Positions 17,288-30,676 of a stretch of DNA of 64,000 bases are shown here, piece by piece. Below the pieces are notes generated by a model that was given only the letters and a program-made list of their open reading frames with translations, had not been told where the DNA came from and searched no databases. Origin of the DNA: the human T2T-CHM13v2.0 reference genome, Homo sapiens; the NCBI RefSeq assembly GCF_009914755.1, contig NC_060947.1; one strand, written 5' to 3'. Numbering within the stretch: the first letter of the stretch is position 1; the number at the start of each line of letters is the position of its first letter. Made by a program: the position numbers and the translations under genes.

Positions 17288-18289
17288 CCTTCTTCTATTC
17301 TTAAAATGATGAAGATCAGTGCTTCACAAGTATTTTTGGCAGGTGGTGACATAAATGTTGACAGTGATTGATTATCTGGATTTAAATTTCCATCACTGTT
17401 TTCATAGGATGTACAGGAGTTTTATGTAAATGTGTGAAGAAAGAGCCTAAATTTGATACAGAAAACTCCCAAAACATAAACGGAAAGCTCTTTTGCCTAA
17501 AATATAGATAATATCAGTGTTCTTTAATGCCATCCTTAATTTCAGTGAAATTTGTTTGTATTTATTACAACTTATGAGCATCAATGATAATACATTCATT
17601 TTTTTCTCGAAGACATCCTGATGAAGCACTAAGAATTTTCACAATGGCAAAAAATCAAACATTGTTGAAAACGAAGAGACAAAAAGAAATCTAAGAGACT
17701 AAAAAGCAGAATAGTAAGTAGAGTATTTGCAATTCTTACCAACTATTTTTATGTTGTCTGTCCCCATGTGGTGAAAAGATATGAGTCCTTGTGATATTTT
17801 GAAAATTCTTTTGGAGGTACTTTTTAATGCATGATTCATAAAAGTTAGCTTGATCCTTAACAATAACGAGAATAGGCTTTTTGAATTACTTTGAAATTTC
17901 TCTAATCCTGGATTCAGCCACTCAAGAGTCATATTGTTGCAGTCAACAATAGCCTCTCAGACCTAACTACTAGATTATTTATTCCCATTCCTGCACATTC
18001 ATTCCAAAATCAAACAAATGAAAATGCCTAACCTTTAAGAAAATGATTCCAGAATTGAAAGTGCTCTTACATAGGTTATCTCATCCTAGTCCCTTAGGCA
18101 ATGACTCCACTGGTTTTAAAAGGCACATACCTTTTTTGTGGCTTTCAAATGGCAAGTAATAGGTTTTATTTGATAACTTTATGATTAATTATTTATGACA
18201 GAATATTCTACCATAAGATGAAATGATTACATAAGCAGGAAATCTAGTACCATGTTAGACATTTTCTACAAATAGAGTGGGTGCTTCAC

Positions 18290-18560
18290 TTACTCATTCA
18301 ACAAGCATTCAGTTGAACACCATTATGTCTAGGCACTGGAATTACAAAGACGAATAAGATATTTAAACAGATAGCTACAATTTTAAGTATGCACAGGTAT
18401 GCACAAGTACTTATACCAGACTGAAGGGAAAATCTTGTTGAATGAGAAATAATTATGCAGGTAAATATGTGTGTTGGTGAATGTGGGGGTTGAGAGCATT
18501 CCAGAAAGAGTTGGCAGCATGAGTTAAGATTCAAAAGCAGGGAAAAGTATGCTATGTTCC
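18290..18560 (-). mobile_element. L2 LINE 3' fragment
   Basis: tcattcaacaagcattcagttgaacaccattatgtctaggcactgg, the typical reverse L2 3' end. Confidence 0.6.
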
Positions 18561-19274
18561 AGGAATCCAGACCAGGTCAAAAACATAAAATTCCTTAGCA
18601 ACCCTGGGAAACAATTTTCACCAATTACCAAGGAAAAGCAAAAATTTTAAACCAAAAGCTCTCCTTATAGCCCACATATCTTTTATACTATATTGTTTAT
18701 GTTGAAATTTATTATATGAAAAATATATATAAACTCATGCAATTCTGAGGATTTAACAACCTGTTTTTTATATCCATAAAGTCTTGTCTAAAGTTATAGA
18801 TCAATATCTAGATTGAGTCAACTTTATTTGAATCTTCTAATTACAAATAGGGAGCCCTTTGATGGCCAAACCAGGTGAATATCATCCATTGGAGAGTATT
18901 TCTTCAGCTAGGGTTTGTTTGTTATTTTTGTGTGTGCTGTATTATCCAGGATTTTTGCAAGAAATTTCTTTATTCTACTCCAAAATATCACCTTTCTAAT
19001 CAAGTGCTATGTTGTTCTAAGGCAAAGACTGCCAATTCTATCCAAAATATATTTGCTTAGCTGCTTGATTAATTTCTCTCACACCATTTATTATATCACA
19101 GCCTTTCAACTTTTAGGTCATACTTGACAATATTGTGATGGGGATTGAGTCTCATTGGCCTTAAATTTGGCCCAGAGAATAACTTCATGCTGAGAAATTG
19201 AAGACAGCAGTGAAAGAACTAAATTAAGTGAAATTAAAATCCCACAAATGTAATGTATGTTTGTAGAAATCTTT

Positions 19275-21882
19275 CTATTTATCTATTTATTTGTATAAAT
19301 TTATAGGGTACAAGAGTAATTTTGTTACATGAATTGTTTGTCTGGTGGTGAAATCAGGGCTTTTAGGATATTGATCACCTGAATAATATACATTGTACTC
19401 ATGAAGTAATTTCTCATCATCCACTCCCACTTGCCCAACCTTCCTAGTCTCCATTGTCTATCATTTCCCACTCTATGTGCATGTGTATGTACACATTATT
19501 TAGCTCCCACTTACAAGTGAGAACATGCAGTATTTGTCTTTCTGGGTCTGAGTTGTTTCACTTAAGATAATGACCTCCAGTTCCATCAATGTTGCTGCAA
19601 ATAACATGATTTCATTCTTTTTTATGACTGCATAGTATTTTCCTCAATGTATATGCCACATTTTATGTATCCAGTCATCCAATGATGTACACAGATTGAT
19701 TCCATATCTTTGTTACTGTTAATAGTGTTGCAATAAACATACAAGTGCAGTTGTCCATTCGATATAATGATTTATTTTCCAGGTAGATACCAGGTAAGGA
19801 GACTGCTAGGTCAAAAGGAACTTCTATTTTTAGTTCTTTGAGAAATCTCCATACTGTTTTCTACAGAGGTTGAAATAATTTACATTCCCACCAACAGTGT
19901 AAAAGCATTCCCTTTTCTCCACATTCTCACCAGTATCTGTTTTTTTTTTTTTTTTTTTTTTTTTTGTCATTTTAATAGTCATTCTGACTGGTGTAAGATG
20001 ATACGTCACTGTGGTTTTAATTTGCATTTCTCTGATGATTAGTGATGATGAGCATTTTTCATATGCTTGTTAGCAATTTATTTCTATGCTTTCTTTTGAA
20101 AAACGTCTATTCATGTTCTTTGCCCACTTTTTAATGGGGTTATTTGTTTTATTTTTGTTGTTGTTGAATTGAATTCCTTATAAATTCTGGATATTAGTCC
20201 CCTGTCAGATATGTAGTTTGCAAATATTTTCTCTGATTCTGCAGGTTGTCTGTTCACTCTGTTGATGATTTCTTTTCTTGTGCAGATGCTTTCTAGTTTA
20301 ACTAAGTTCCATCTGCCTATTTTTGTTTTTGTTGTCTGTGCTTTTGAGGTCTTAGTCTTCAATTGTTTGCCTAGACGAATGTCCAGAAGAGTTTTTCCTA
20401 GATTTTCTTCTAGTATTTTTATAGTTTAAAGTCTTACATTTAAGTCTTCCATACATTTTTAGTTGACTTTTGCATATGTTGAGAGATAGGGGTCCAGTTT
20501 CACTTTTCTGCATACGGCAACCCAATTTTCCCAGCACCATTTATTGAAATGGGTGTCCTTTTCTCAGTGTATTCTCATTGACTTTGTCAAAGATCAGTTA
20601 ACTGTAAATTTGTGGCTGTATTTCTGGGTTCTCTTCTGTTACATTGATCTATGTGTTTATTTCTATAATATTATCATGCTGTTTTGGTTACTACAGCCTT
20701 GTAGTATAATTTGATGTCAGATAATGTGATGCCTCTGGCTTTATTCTTTTTACTTAGGATGGCTCTGGCTATTGGGATCTTTTTTGTTTCATTTGAATTT
20801 TAGGATTGTTTCCTCTTATTTTGTGGAAAATAATGCTGATATTTTGATAGGGATTGCATTTAATCTGTAGATTGTTTTTGCAAGTATGGTCATTTAAACA
20901 ATATTAATTCTTCCTATTCTACCAAACTTAAACAGAACAATGAATACTAATCCTCCTGAAATTGTTTCAAAAGTCTAAAAGGAGAGAATGCTCTTTAAGT
21001 CATTCTACAAAGCCAGTATCACCCTGATACCAAAACCAGACAAGAACAAAACAAAAAAAGAAAACTACAGACAAATACCCCAGTGAACACAGATGCAAAA
21101 ATCCCCAACAAAATAGTAGCAAACCAAATCCAACAGCCCATGAAAAAGACAATACACCATGTTAAAGTGGGTTTTATACCAGGCATGCAAGGATGGCTTG
21201 ATATATGCAAAACAATAAATGTGATACATCACATAAAGAGAGTGAAGGACAAAAACCATATGATTATCTCAATAGATGCATAAAAAGCATTTGTAAAATT
21301 TAGCATCACTTCATGATAAAAAACTTTCAAAAACCTAGGATAGAAGAAAAATACTTCAAAATAATAAAGGCCATATACAAGAAACCCACAGTCAACATCA
21401 TACTAAAGGGGAAAAAGTTGAAAGCATTCCCTCTAAGAACTGAAACAAGACAGGATGCCTGCTTTCACTATTCTTATTCAATATAGTGCTGGAAGTCCTA
21501 GCCAGAAAAATCACACAAGAGAAAGAAATAAAAATTATCCAAATTGGAAAACAGGAAGTCAAATTATCTGTGTTCACTGATGATTTGACTTTACATATAG
21601 AAAATCCTAAAGACTCCACCAAAAAATTTTAAGATTTGATACGTGAATTCAGTAACATTGCAGGATACAAAATCAGTGTACAATAATCAGTAGCATTTAC
21701 ATATGCCAATAAAAATCTAAATAAGAACCAAATCAAGAATGCAATCCCATTTACAATAGCTACAAACAAATAAAATACCTAGGAATATATTTAACCAAGG
21801 AGGTGAAGAATCTCTAAAAAGGAAAACTACAAAACAGTGATGAAATAATTCATAGACAATACAAACAAATGGAAAAAGATCC
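19275..21882 (-). mobile_element. L1MA-like element with a 5' inversion (20916-21882 on +)
   Basis: L1MA 3' UTR (ggtggtgaaatcagggctttt) and minus ORF2 to 20919; + ORF2 RT piece ([11 protein letters not shown]...) ending at ggaaaaagatcc. Confidence 0.85.
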
Positions 21883-23459
21883 TGTTTATTTTTATCTCTC
21901 CAAAAATATCATTTATAAACAATTTAGTAAAAAAAAGATTGAACACATTTTCTTTTTTTGTTTTTCATGAGCTTTCTAGTAACTCATTTTTCTGTTGGAG
22001 AAAGAGTTCATCATTAATTTAAAACACTTACCTGTAGGTGGCAACTCCGTAGTATGTCAAATATGCTTTCATTAAAAGTAGTAATATAATTAGAGGTTTT
22101 ACTTCTCCACATTTTTAACAAGAAAAGAAATCTATGTGTAATGTAATGACTTAAGGGTTCATTTGATTAGGAGTATATTTTATGAAACAAAAAAATCAAA
22201 TAAAAAATGCTAGATTTCTTTTTCAATATGAACAATACTTATTTTCCTTGAAATTGAAGATATCAAATGAATATTGCTCATCTTTTCATTAATCTATAAT
22301 GGTTAAGTTTGTAGAAAATAAACACTATTAGCAAATGAGTGCATATTTGCATAATTTCTCAGAAATGCATAGAAATGAGTAAAAGAAACTAAAGCTAAGA
22401 AGAAAATCCCATCAAAAGTGAAGCAATGGAAGCCATCACAATCCCTTTATCACTGATTTCAAAGAAATATCTTTCATATAAAATAAAATTTGGATCAAAC
22501 TAAAAAAGGATTCCAAGACTGATACACAGTGTAGGGTGAAGTTATTAGATGATAAGCGGCAAAACTATTGAAGAGCCATACCAAAATTCCTGAACCTGAA
22601 AATAAGGACTAAGGAATGTTGGCAGGATACTGTGGGAACATTCCACTGGGAGTCAGTTTCTACCCAGCAGCATTATAAGGGAGTTAGGGCTAAAGGAAAG
22701 TCTACCATGTGGTTACATTACTTTTATTTTTCGATATTCTGTTTTGAGCCAATTAGAATAGCCCAGAGGTGGGAGAGAAAAAGATGAGGAAATAGCAATG
22801 TGCTAACTAGGTGGAATGTGATTAAGGTGAAGAGAGACAAAGATAATCTTGTAGCAAAATATACAGCTGCTTGATAAAGTTTACTGAACGGAGATGAGTA
22901 ACATCAAACAGACAACTACAAAACAAAAACAAAATGTCTTGGAGCATAAAGTCCTCACATAAGAACCCAGAGAAACAAAATATGTTTTTCTATTTCCCAC
23001 CTGCCTCAAATATAGTACTGAATAATCAACTGGAGCACAGAGTATCCAAAACTTCGGTGAGGAACCATTTGAATTACATCCATGTACCACCTGCTGCCTC
23101 AGCTCACCAGCCCTGTTTTGCAAACAGCCAAATGACTGTACCAAAAAATGCATATCTCCCTCCTAGCAGAATAATTCAAGTTTTTGCTCAGGAAAGATAT
23201 TATGATCAAGCAGGATAATTTATAATATTTTCCAGTGACTAAAATCTTGGGTACTATTGCATCATTATTATAAAAATAATAAGCTGGAAAGAGCAGTATA
23301 AAACTTTTTCAAAAGTACTATACAAGATAAATTATATACATATTAAAGGAGGAATTCTTCAAGGACACAGAAAAAATTAACAAAAACCTTTTTTGTATTA
23401 TAGAAATTTAAAAACATGAATTATTTGATATAAGAAATCCAAAGAAATATCCAAATTAG

Positions 23460-23580
23460 AAAAATGGATGGTGGTGGTGGTTGCACAACATTATGAACAC
23501 ATTTAATATCACTGAACTGTACACTTAAAAATAGCTAAGGTGGTACATTTTATGAGTATTTTACAATAAAAAAATTGGAA
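23460..23580 (+). mobile_element. L1MB-like 3' end fragment
   Basis: gatggtggtggtggttgcacaacattatgaa...actgaactgtacacttaaaaat. Confidence 0.7.
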
Positions 23581-23629
23581 AAAATATATTAAAACAGTGA
23601 AACTAAATTGTTTAAAAGGAACTGGTAGG

Positions 23630-24480
23630 TGGAAGGTGCAGCGAAATGACTGAATAGAAGCCTCCACCAATCATTCCCTACAAAAACAAGCACTTAACAA
23701 CTATCTACTCACAAAAAAGTACCTTCATAAGAACCAAAAATCAGGTGAGCTCTCACAGTACCTGGTTTTTAACTTATCACTGAAAGAGACACTGAAAAGG
23801 TAGAAGTAACAGTCTTGAATTGCTGATGCCATCCCTACCCCATCCCCTGGCAGGGGCAGGGTGGTAGAGAGAGTATTTGTGTGTGCTGGAGGAGGGAAAA
23901 CACAGCACTTGTGAAGCGCTGAACTCAGTGCTGTCCTGTTATAGCAGAAAGGAAAACTGGACCAAACTCAACTAATGCCTGCACACCAAGGGAGCATTTA
24001 AACCAGCCCTAACCAGAGGGGAATCGCTGGTGCCACTTGTTAGACTTTGAGTTCCACAAGACTTGCCACCATGGGCTACAGTGCTCTGGGGCTATAAATA
24101 AACATGAAAGACAGTCTAGGCCACATGGACTGAAACTGCTGGAAGAGTCCAAGTACTGAACTGCGCCAAGAGACAGTGGAATAGGGGGCACGTGACCTAC
24201 TAAGACACCAGCAAGGGTGGCTAAGGGAGTGTTGGCATTGCCTCCCCTAACCCCAATCTGCACAGCTCATGGGTCCAAAGGAGATTCCTTTCTTCCACTT
24301 GAGGAGAGGAGAAGGGAAACTGTAGAGGACTTAGTCTTGTTTCTTGGATAACAGCTCAGCCACAGCAGGATAGGGCACCAGTCAGAGCTGTGAGGACCTC
24401 TTTCAAGGCCCTAGCTCTGGATGACATTTCTAGATACACCCTGGACCAGAAAAGAACTCACTGCTTTGAAAGAATGTACC
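23630..24480 (+). mobile_element. L1M1/L1MA-type 5' UTR fragment
   Basis: aaatgactgaatagaagcctccacc...cttcataagaaccaaaaatcaggtgag, resembling L1M1 5' ends. Confidence 0.65.
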
Positions 24481-24484
24481 CATT

Positions 24485-26668
24485 AGAGAGGGAAGGGGTA
24501 GTGCCACACTTTTAAACCATTATGTCTTGTGAGAACTCACCAACTATCATGAAAACAACAAGGGAGGAATCACCCTCATGATCCAATCACCTCCCACCAG
24601 GTCCCTAACCCAACACTGAGGATGACAATTCAATATGAAATTTGGGTGGGGACACAGAGCCAAAATATATCATTCCACCCTGGCCCCTCCCAAATCTTAT
24701 GTCCTTCTCACATTTCAAAACCAATCAGGCCTTTCCAACAGTTCCGCAGTTCCGCAGTCTTAACTCATTCCAGTGTTAAACCAGAAGTCCAAGTCCAAAG
24801 TCTCATCTGAGACAAGGCAAGTCCCTTCTGCCTATGAGCCGGTGAAATAAAAAACAAGTTAATTATTTCCAAGATACAATGGAGGTACAGACATTGGGTA
24901 AATGCTCCCATTCCAAATGGGAAAAAAATGGCCAAAACAAAGAGGCTCTGGATCCCATGCAAGTCTGAAGCCCAGCAGGGCAGTCATTAAATCATAAAGC
25001 TCCAAAATAATCACCTTTGACTTCACGTTTCAGATTCAGGGCTCGCTGATGCAAGGGGTGGGCTCCCAAGGCCTTGAGCAGCTCTGGTCCTGTAGCTCTG
25101 CAGGCTACCACCCCTTTGGTTGCTTTCACAGGGAGGTGTTAAGTGCTTGCAGCATATCCAGAGCACAGTGCAAGCTGTTGGTGGAACTGCTAAAACCATT
25201 CTGGGGTCTGGAAGATGGTGTCCTTCTTCTCACAGCTCCCTGAGGCAATGCCCCAGTAGGAACTCTGTGTGGGGGTTCCAACCCCACATATTCCCTCCAC
25301 AGTGCCTTAGCAGAAGTTCTCCATGAGGGCTCTGCCCCTGCATCAGACTTCTGCCTGAACATTCAGGCATTTTCATACACCCTCTGAAATCTAGGTGGAG
25401 GCTCCCAAACTTCAACTCTTGCCTTCTGTGTGCCCAAAGGCCAAACATGACATAAAAGCCATGAAGTCTTCGGGCTGCCCCTCTGAAGCCAGGGCCTGAG
25501 CTGTACATTGGCCCCTTTTAGCCAAGGCTGGCGCTTGAGGAGCAGGGATGCAGAGTGCTGTGTCCTGAGGCTGCACAGCCTGGGCCTGGCCCAGAAAACC
25601 ATTTTTCCCTCCTAGGCCTCTGGGTCTGTGATGGGAGGGGATGCCATGAAGATTGCTAAAATGCCCTGGAGACATTTTTCCCCCTTGTCTTGGCTATTAA
25701 CATTTGGCTCCTTGTTACTTACGCTGATTTCTGCAGCAAGCTTGAATTTCTTCCTGGAAAATGGGTTTTTCTTTCCTACCACAGGGCCAGCCTGCAAATT
25801 TTCCAAAATTTTATGCTCTACTTCCCTTTTAAATATAAGTTTCAGTCTCAGATAATCTTTTTTCAAATATATGAGCATATGCTTTTAAAAACAGCCAGGT
25901 CACATCTTCAATGCTTTGCTGCTTAGAAACGTTTTATGCTAGGTACCCTAAATCATCTCTCTTAAGTTCAAAGTTCCACAGATCTATAGGGCAGGGGCAA
26001 AATGCCACCAGTCTCTTTGCTAAAGCATAGCAAGAGCGACCTTTACTCCAGTTCCCAGTAAGTTCCTCATTTCCATCTAAGACCACCTCAGCCTAGACTT
26101 CATTGTCTATATTACTATCAGCATTTTGGTCAAAACCATTCAACAGGTTGCCATAAAGTTCCAAACATTCCCACATCCTCCTGTCTTCTTCTAAGCCATC
26201 CAAACTGTTCCAGCCTCTGCCCATTACCCAGTTCCAAAGCTGCTTACACATTTTTCAAGTATCTTTATAGCAGTGCCCTACTCTCAGTATCAATTTTCTG
26301 TATTAGTCCATTCTTACACTGCTATAAAGAACTACCTGACACTTGGTATTTTATGAAGCAAAGAAGTTTGATTGACTCACAGTTCTGCAGGCTTAACAGG
26401 AAGCATCAGTGGGAGGCCTCAGAAACTTACAATTATGGCAAAAGAGAAGGGGAAGCAAGGACTTTCTTCACATGGTGGCAGGAGAGAGGGAAGGGAAGTG
26501 CCACACTTTTAAACCATCAGATGTCATGAGAACTCACTCAATGTCATGATAACAGCAAGGGGGAAACTGCCACCATAATCCAATCACCTCCCACCAGGTC
26601 CCTCCCCCAACACTGGGATTACAATTTAACATGAGATTTGAGTGAAGACACAGAGCCAAACCATGTCA
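24485..26668 (-). mobile_element. MSTA-like MaLR provirus: 5' LTR 26299-26668, internal region 24673-26298, truncated 3' LTR 24485-24672
   Basis: Two homologous LTR copies ending acagagccaaa(c/a)...atca/gtca; polypurine tract complement ttccaccctggcccc next to the 3' LTR; MST-int sequence between them. Confidence 0.9.
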
Positions 26669-27482
26669 CTATTTTATGCTAAAAGGGTTTTTCCTTCAGC
26701 ACTTCACATATGTAATGCCACTCTCTTCTGGACTGTAAGGTCTCCACTGAGAAGTCTGTTGCCAGGCATATTGGAGCTTCATTGTACTTTATTTGTTTCT
26801 TTTCTGTTGCTTCTTTTAGAAATCTTTCTTTTTCCTTGACCTTTGGGAGTTTGATTATTAAATGCCTTAAGGTAGAGTTCTTTGGGTTCAATCTGTTTGG
26901 TATCCGTAACCTTCTTGTACTTGGATATTGATATATTTCTCTAGGTTTGGGAAGCAATCTGTTATTATCCCATTCTCTTATCACTCCTATTGCTTTCTCT
27001 ACTTCCTCTTTCAGGCCAATCACTCTGATTTTTCCATATGAGGCTATTTTCTAGATCCTGTGGGCATGCTTCATTGCTTTATATTTTTTTCTTTTGTCTC
27101 CTTAGTGTAGTTACAAATAGCCTATATTCAAGCTCACTAATTCTTTCTTCTGCTTAATTATTTCTGCTATTAAAAGACTCTGATGCATTCTTCATATGCC
27201 AATTGCATTTTTCAGCTCCAGAATTTCCGTTTGATTTTTAGTTATTTCAACCTCTTTGTTAAATGTATCTGATAAAATTTTGAATTCTTTCTGTGTTATC
27301 TTGAATTTCTTTGTATTTTCTCAAAACAGCCATTTTGCATTCTCTGTCTGGAAGGTTAGATGTCTTTCTCCAGTATTTGTGCCTGGCACCTTATTTAGTT
27401 TGTTTGGTGAGGTTATGTTTTCCTGGTTTGTCTTGATACTTGTAGATGCTCATCTGTGTCTGAGCGTTGAGGAGTTAGGTAT
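26669..27482 (-). mobile_element. L1M (L1MA-type) ORF1 fragment
   Basis: ORF 26679-27023 gives LRHLIIKLPKVKEKERFLK...ICLATDFSVETLQSRREW, the L1 ORF1p RRM/CTD signature. Confidence 0.85.
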
Positions 27483-27624
27483 ACATATTAAAATATTCCT
27501 TACCTTAAAATGAATTCAAGATGAATAAAATATTTAGAATTTTAAAATAACGTATAAAAATAGTATGAAAATATAGAAGACTTTTCTAATCTTAAGGTGG
27601 TAGTGTGACTCAAAAGCCAGAAAC

Positions 27625-28662
27625 AGGAGAAAAGCCAAGATAGCTGAGTAGATGGAGCCAGGAAGGTCATCTCCCACCAAGAGCCCAGACCAACAAAAAG
27701 ACCGGCACACTCCAAGCAGATTTTCAGGTAGAATGCATTGAGAGTGGACTGAGAGAAAAGGCCACATGAGCTGAATGGGGAGGAAGCTGTGAATCCTCCA
27801 TGGAGCTGCCAAGCACCAGGACTCATTTCTGGCCCCCAGCAGCTCATGGGGAAAGGATGAGTTAAATAGATGAGAAATGTCCCACTGTCACCATGGATCT
27901 CTGAAATACTAGCTGCAGGAGACCCCATTACCCCCAGGGATATCTGAATTGAGAAGAAAGCTGCCTTGAGAGGTGGCTGGTAAAGGACTTCAGCCTATGT
28001 GGAGCTCAGAGAGTTCTGTGTGGGAATGACTGTAGTGGGGCATGGCCAGGGATGCCAATGCCCCAAGGCTTGCCATGCTTCTCTAGGTGGCTTTGGGCTT
28101 TGCAGACTGTGAGTCCTGGACAGCACAGGGCAGTCTTGCCTGTGGGATGGGGCCAGTCTAAACTGAGCACCCCACTGCCTGCCGGCCTCTCCCAGAGTCC
28201 CTGTCAGGCTGTGCACACTTGCAGCACAGCCTCAGATGCCCAAACGGGGTGTCTTCTGGGAAGCCACTGCCATAGATCCTTTACTGGCCCGACCATTGGA
28301 GAGCTTCAGCAGATGGGCCTTCACCAGTGAATACCCACCTACAGGTTCACACCATTGCTTTGATGGTGTGCACTCACCTAAAACCTCCCCCCACTGCTTT
28401 GCCAGTGCACATGCCCATGGAACTCGCGACCACCACACCAACCCCACAGGAGCGTGCACACAGATGCTGCTGCCCCACCCATGCCGGAGCACATGTACCC
28501 CATCATGCTGCCCATACTGCTGGCAAACAAACAGGTGCAATCCCTGCTACCCGGCTGCAGCCAGCATGCACATGTGAGGGCAGATCCCTCAGCCACCACC
28601 CTGATGACACACTTTTGTTGGCACCCCTTATTGGAATGTTGTTGCTAGTGGACCAAAAAACA

Positions 28663-28693
<31 letters not shown>

Positions 28694-29658
28694 CAAAAAA
28701 AAACACTTTGGCTTCGCCGGTGCACCAGGTGCTTAATGAGAAGGTGTCAGAAAACAAAGCCATGGTACTGGAACCAGCCCCCAGGGTTAGAACTCACAGC
28801 CTAGGAATGCTAAGCTGAGCTTTGGCCCCCTGATATCATCCAGAAATGAAGACAGTCAATTGAACCAAACTTATACCCACAGCCAAACACTGAAGGGCAC
28901 CAAAGATTCTAAAAGAAAAAAAAAAAACCCTATCCAAAGGACAGCAACTTCAACAATTAAAGAAATATCAGCTCACACAAATGAGAAACAACCCGTGCAA
29001 GAACTTTGGCAACTCAAAAAGCCAGAATGTGTTCTTACTTTGAAATGATCACACTAACTCCACAGCAATGGTTCTTAACTAGGTGGAAATGGCTGAAAAG
29101 ACACACAGAATTCAGAATCTGGATAGCAACAAAGATCGTTGAGATTCAGAAGAAAATTGAAACCCAATCCAAGGAAAACAAGGAATACAATAAAACAATA
29201 CAAGAGCTGAAAGATGAAATAGCCATTTTTCAGAAAGAACCAAACTGATCTGACAGAGCGGAAAAACTCACTACAATAATTTTATAATACAATTATAAGT
29301 ATTACTTGCAGAATACACCAAGTTGACGAATGAATATCAGAGCTCAAAGACAGGTCCCTCGAATCAACTCAGTCAGATGAAAATAAAGTTAAAAGAATAA
29401 AGAAGAATTTTTTTAAAACTCTGAAAAATATGAGCTTATGTAGAGACCAAATCTATGACTCACTGACATCCCTGAAAGAGAAGGAGAGACAGCAAACGAC
29501 TTGGAAAACATATTTAGGATATTGTTCAGGAAAATTTCCCCTAACTTTCTAATGAAGTCAACATTCAAATTCAGGAAATTCAAAGAACCTCTCTGAGATA
29601 CTATACAAGACAATCATCCCCAAGACACATAGTCATCAGATTATCCAAGGACAAAATG

Positions 29659-29714
<56 letters not shown>

Positions 29715-30676
29715 TTAAGGCAATTAAAAAGGTGGGTCTGGTCACCTACAAAGAGAACCCTGCCAGGCTACATGCCACAACAGATTGGGGACCTATATTC
29801 TGCATTCTTAAAGAAAAGAAATTCCAACCAAGAATGTCGTATTCACCCAAATTAACCTTCATAAGCAAAGGAGAAATAAAATCCTTCTCAGACAAGCAAA
29901 TGCTGAGGGAATTTATTGCTTCCATACATGCTTTACGAGAGGTCCCTTAAGGTCCAATACTAAACATGGAAATATACGACCATTACTGGCTACCACAAAA
30001 CCCACTTAGTACATAGACCACTGAAAGTATAAAGCAATCACACAATAAAGTCCGCATAACAATGAGCTAAAATGATGAAAGAGTCAAACAAGCAAATATC
30101 AGTATTAACCTTGAATATAAATAGGCTAAATGCTCCATTTAACGGGCACAGAGTGGCAAGTTGGATAAAGAAGCAAAGTCCAACCATATGCTATCTCCAA
30201 CAGATACATCTCACATCCAAGGAGAAAACATAGGTTCAAAGTAAAAGGATAGAGAAAAATCTACCAAGCAAACAAAAACTAAAAAGAGAAGCAATTGCTA
30301 TTATAATTTTATTCAAAACAGACTTTAAACCAACAATGATCAAAAAGACAAAGAAGGGCATTACACAATAATAAAGAATTCAATTCAATAAGAAGACATA
30401 ACTTTTCTAAATATATATGCACCCAACAATGGAGTACCCAGATTCATAAAACAAGTTCTTAGAGACCTATAAAGAGACTTAGATTACCACACAATAATAG
30501 CTGGAGTCCCCAACACCCCACTGACAGTATTAGACAGATTATCAAGGCAGAAACATAACAAAGATAAATTCGAGACCTAAATTCGAGAACTGACCAAATA
30601 GGCCTAACATCTACCTAAAACTTCACCCAAAAAGAATACAATACACATTCTTCTCATGTGCACATGGAACGTATCT
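27625..30676 (+). mobile_element. L1PA15/16-like 5' UTR, ORF1 and ORF2 endonuclease start (decayed)
   Basis: GC-rich 5' UTR starting agccaagatagctga; ORF1 peptides EFRIWIATKI and KSFSDKQMLREF; EN region ending at the SAHGT codons; (CAAAA)n near 28660 and (AT)n 29660-29710 inside. Confidence 0.88.

Noticed and set aside
17310-17960. Unique-looking segment with minus-strand ORFs as a possible pseudogene
   Set aside because: No recognisable homology, no poly(A) or TSD, and no coherent splice structure.
22020-22200. Strong minus-strand donor (cttacctg at ~22026)
   Set aside because: No convincing upstream acceptor or open frame; isolated donor motifs are frequent by chance.
24622-25926. Many short ORFs on both strands
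   Set aside because: They are fragments of the decayed MST internal region.
27995-28818. Cluster of overlapping GC-rich ORFs up to 163 aa
   Set aside because: They lie in an L1 5' UTR, where high GC content depletes stop codons; no protein family is recognisable.
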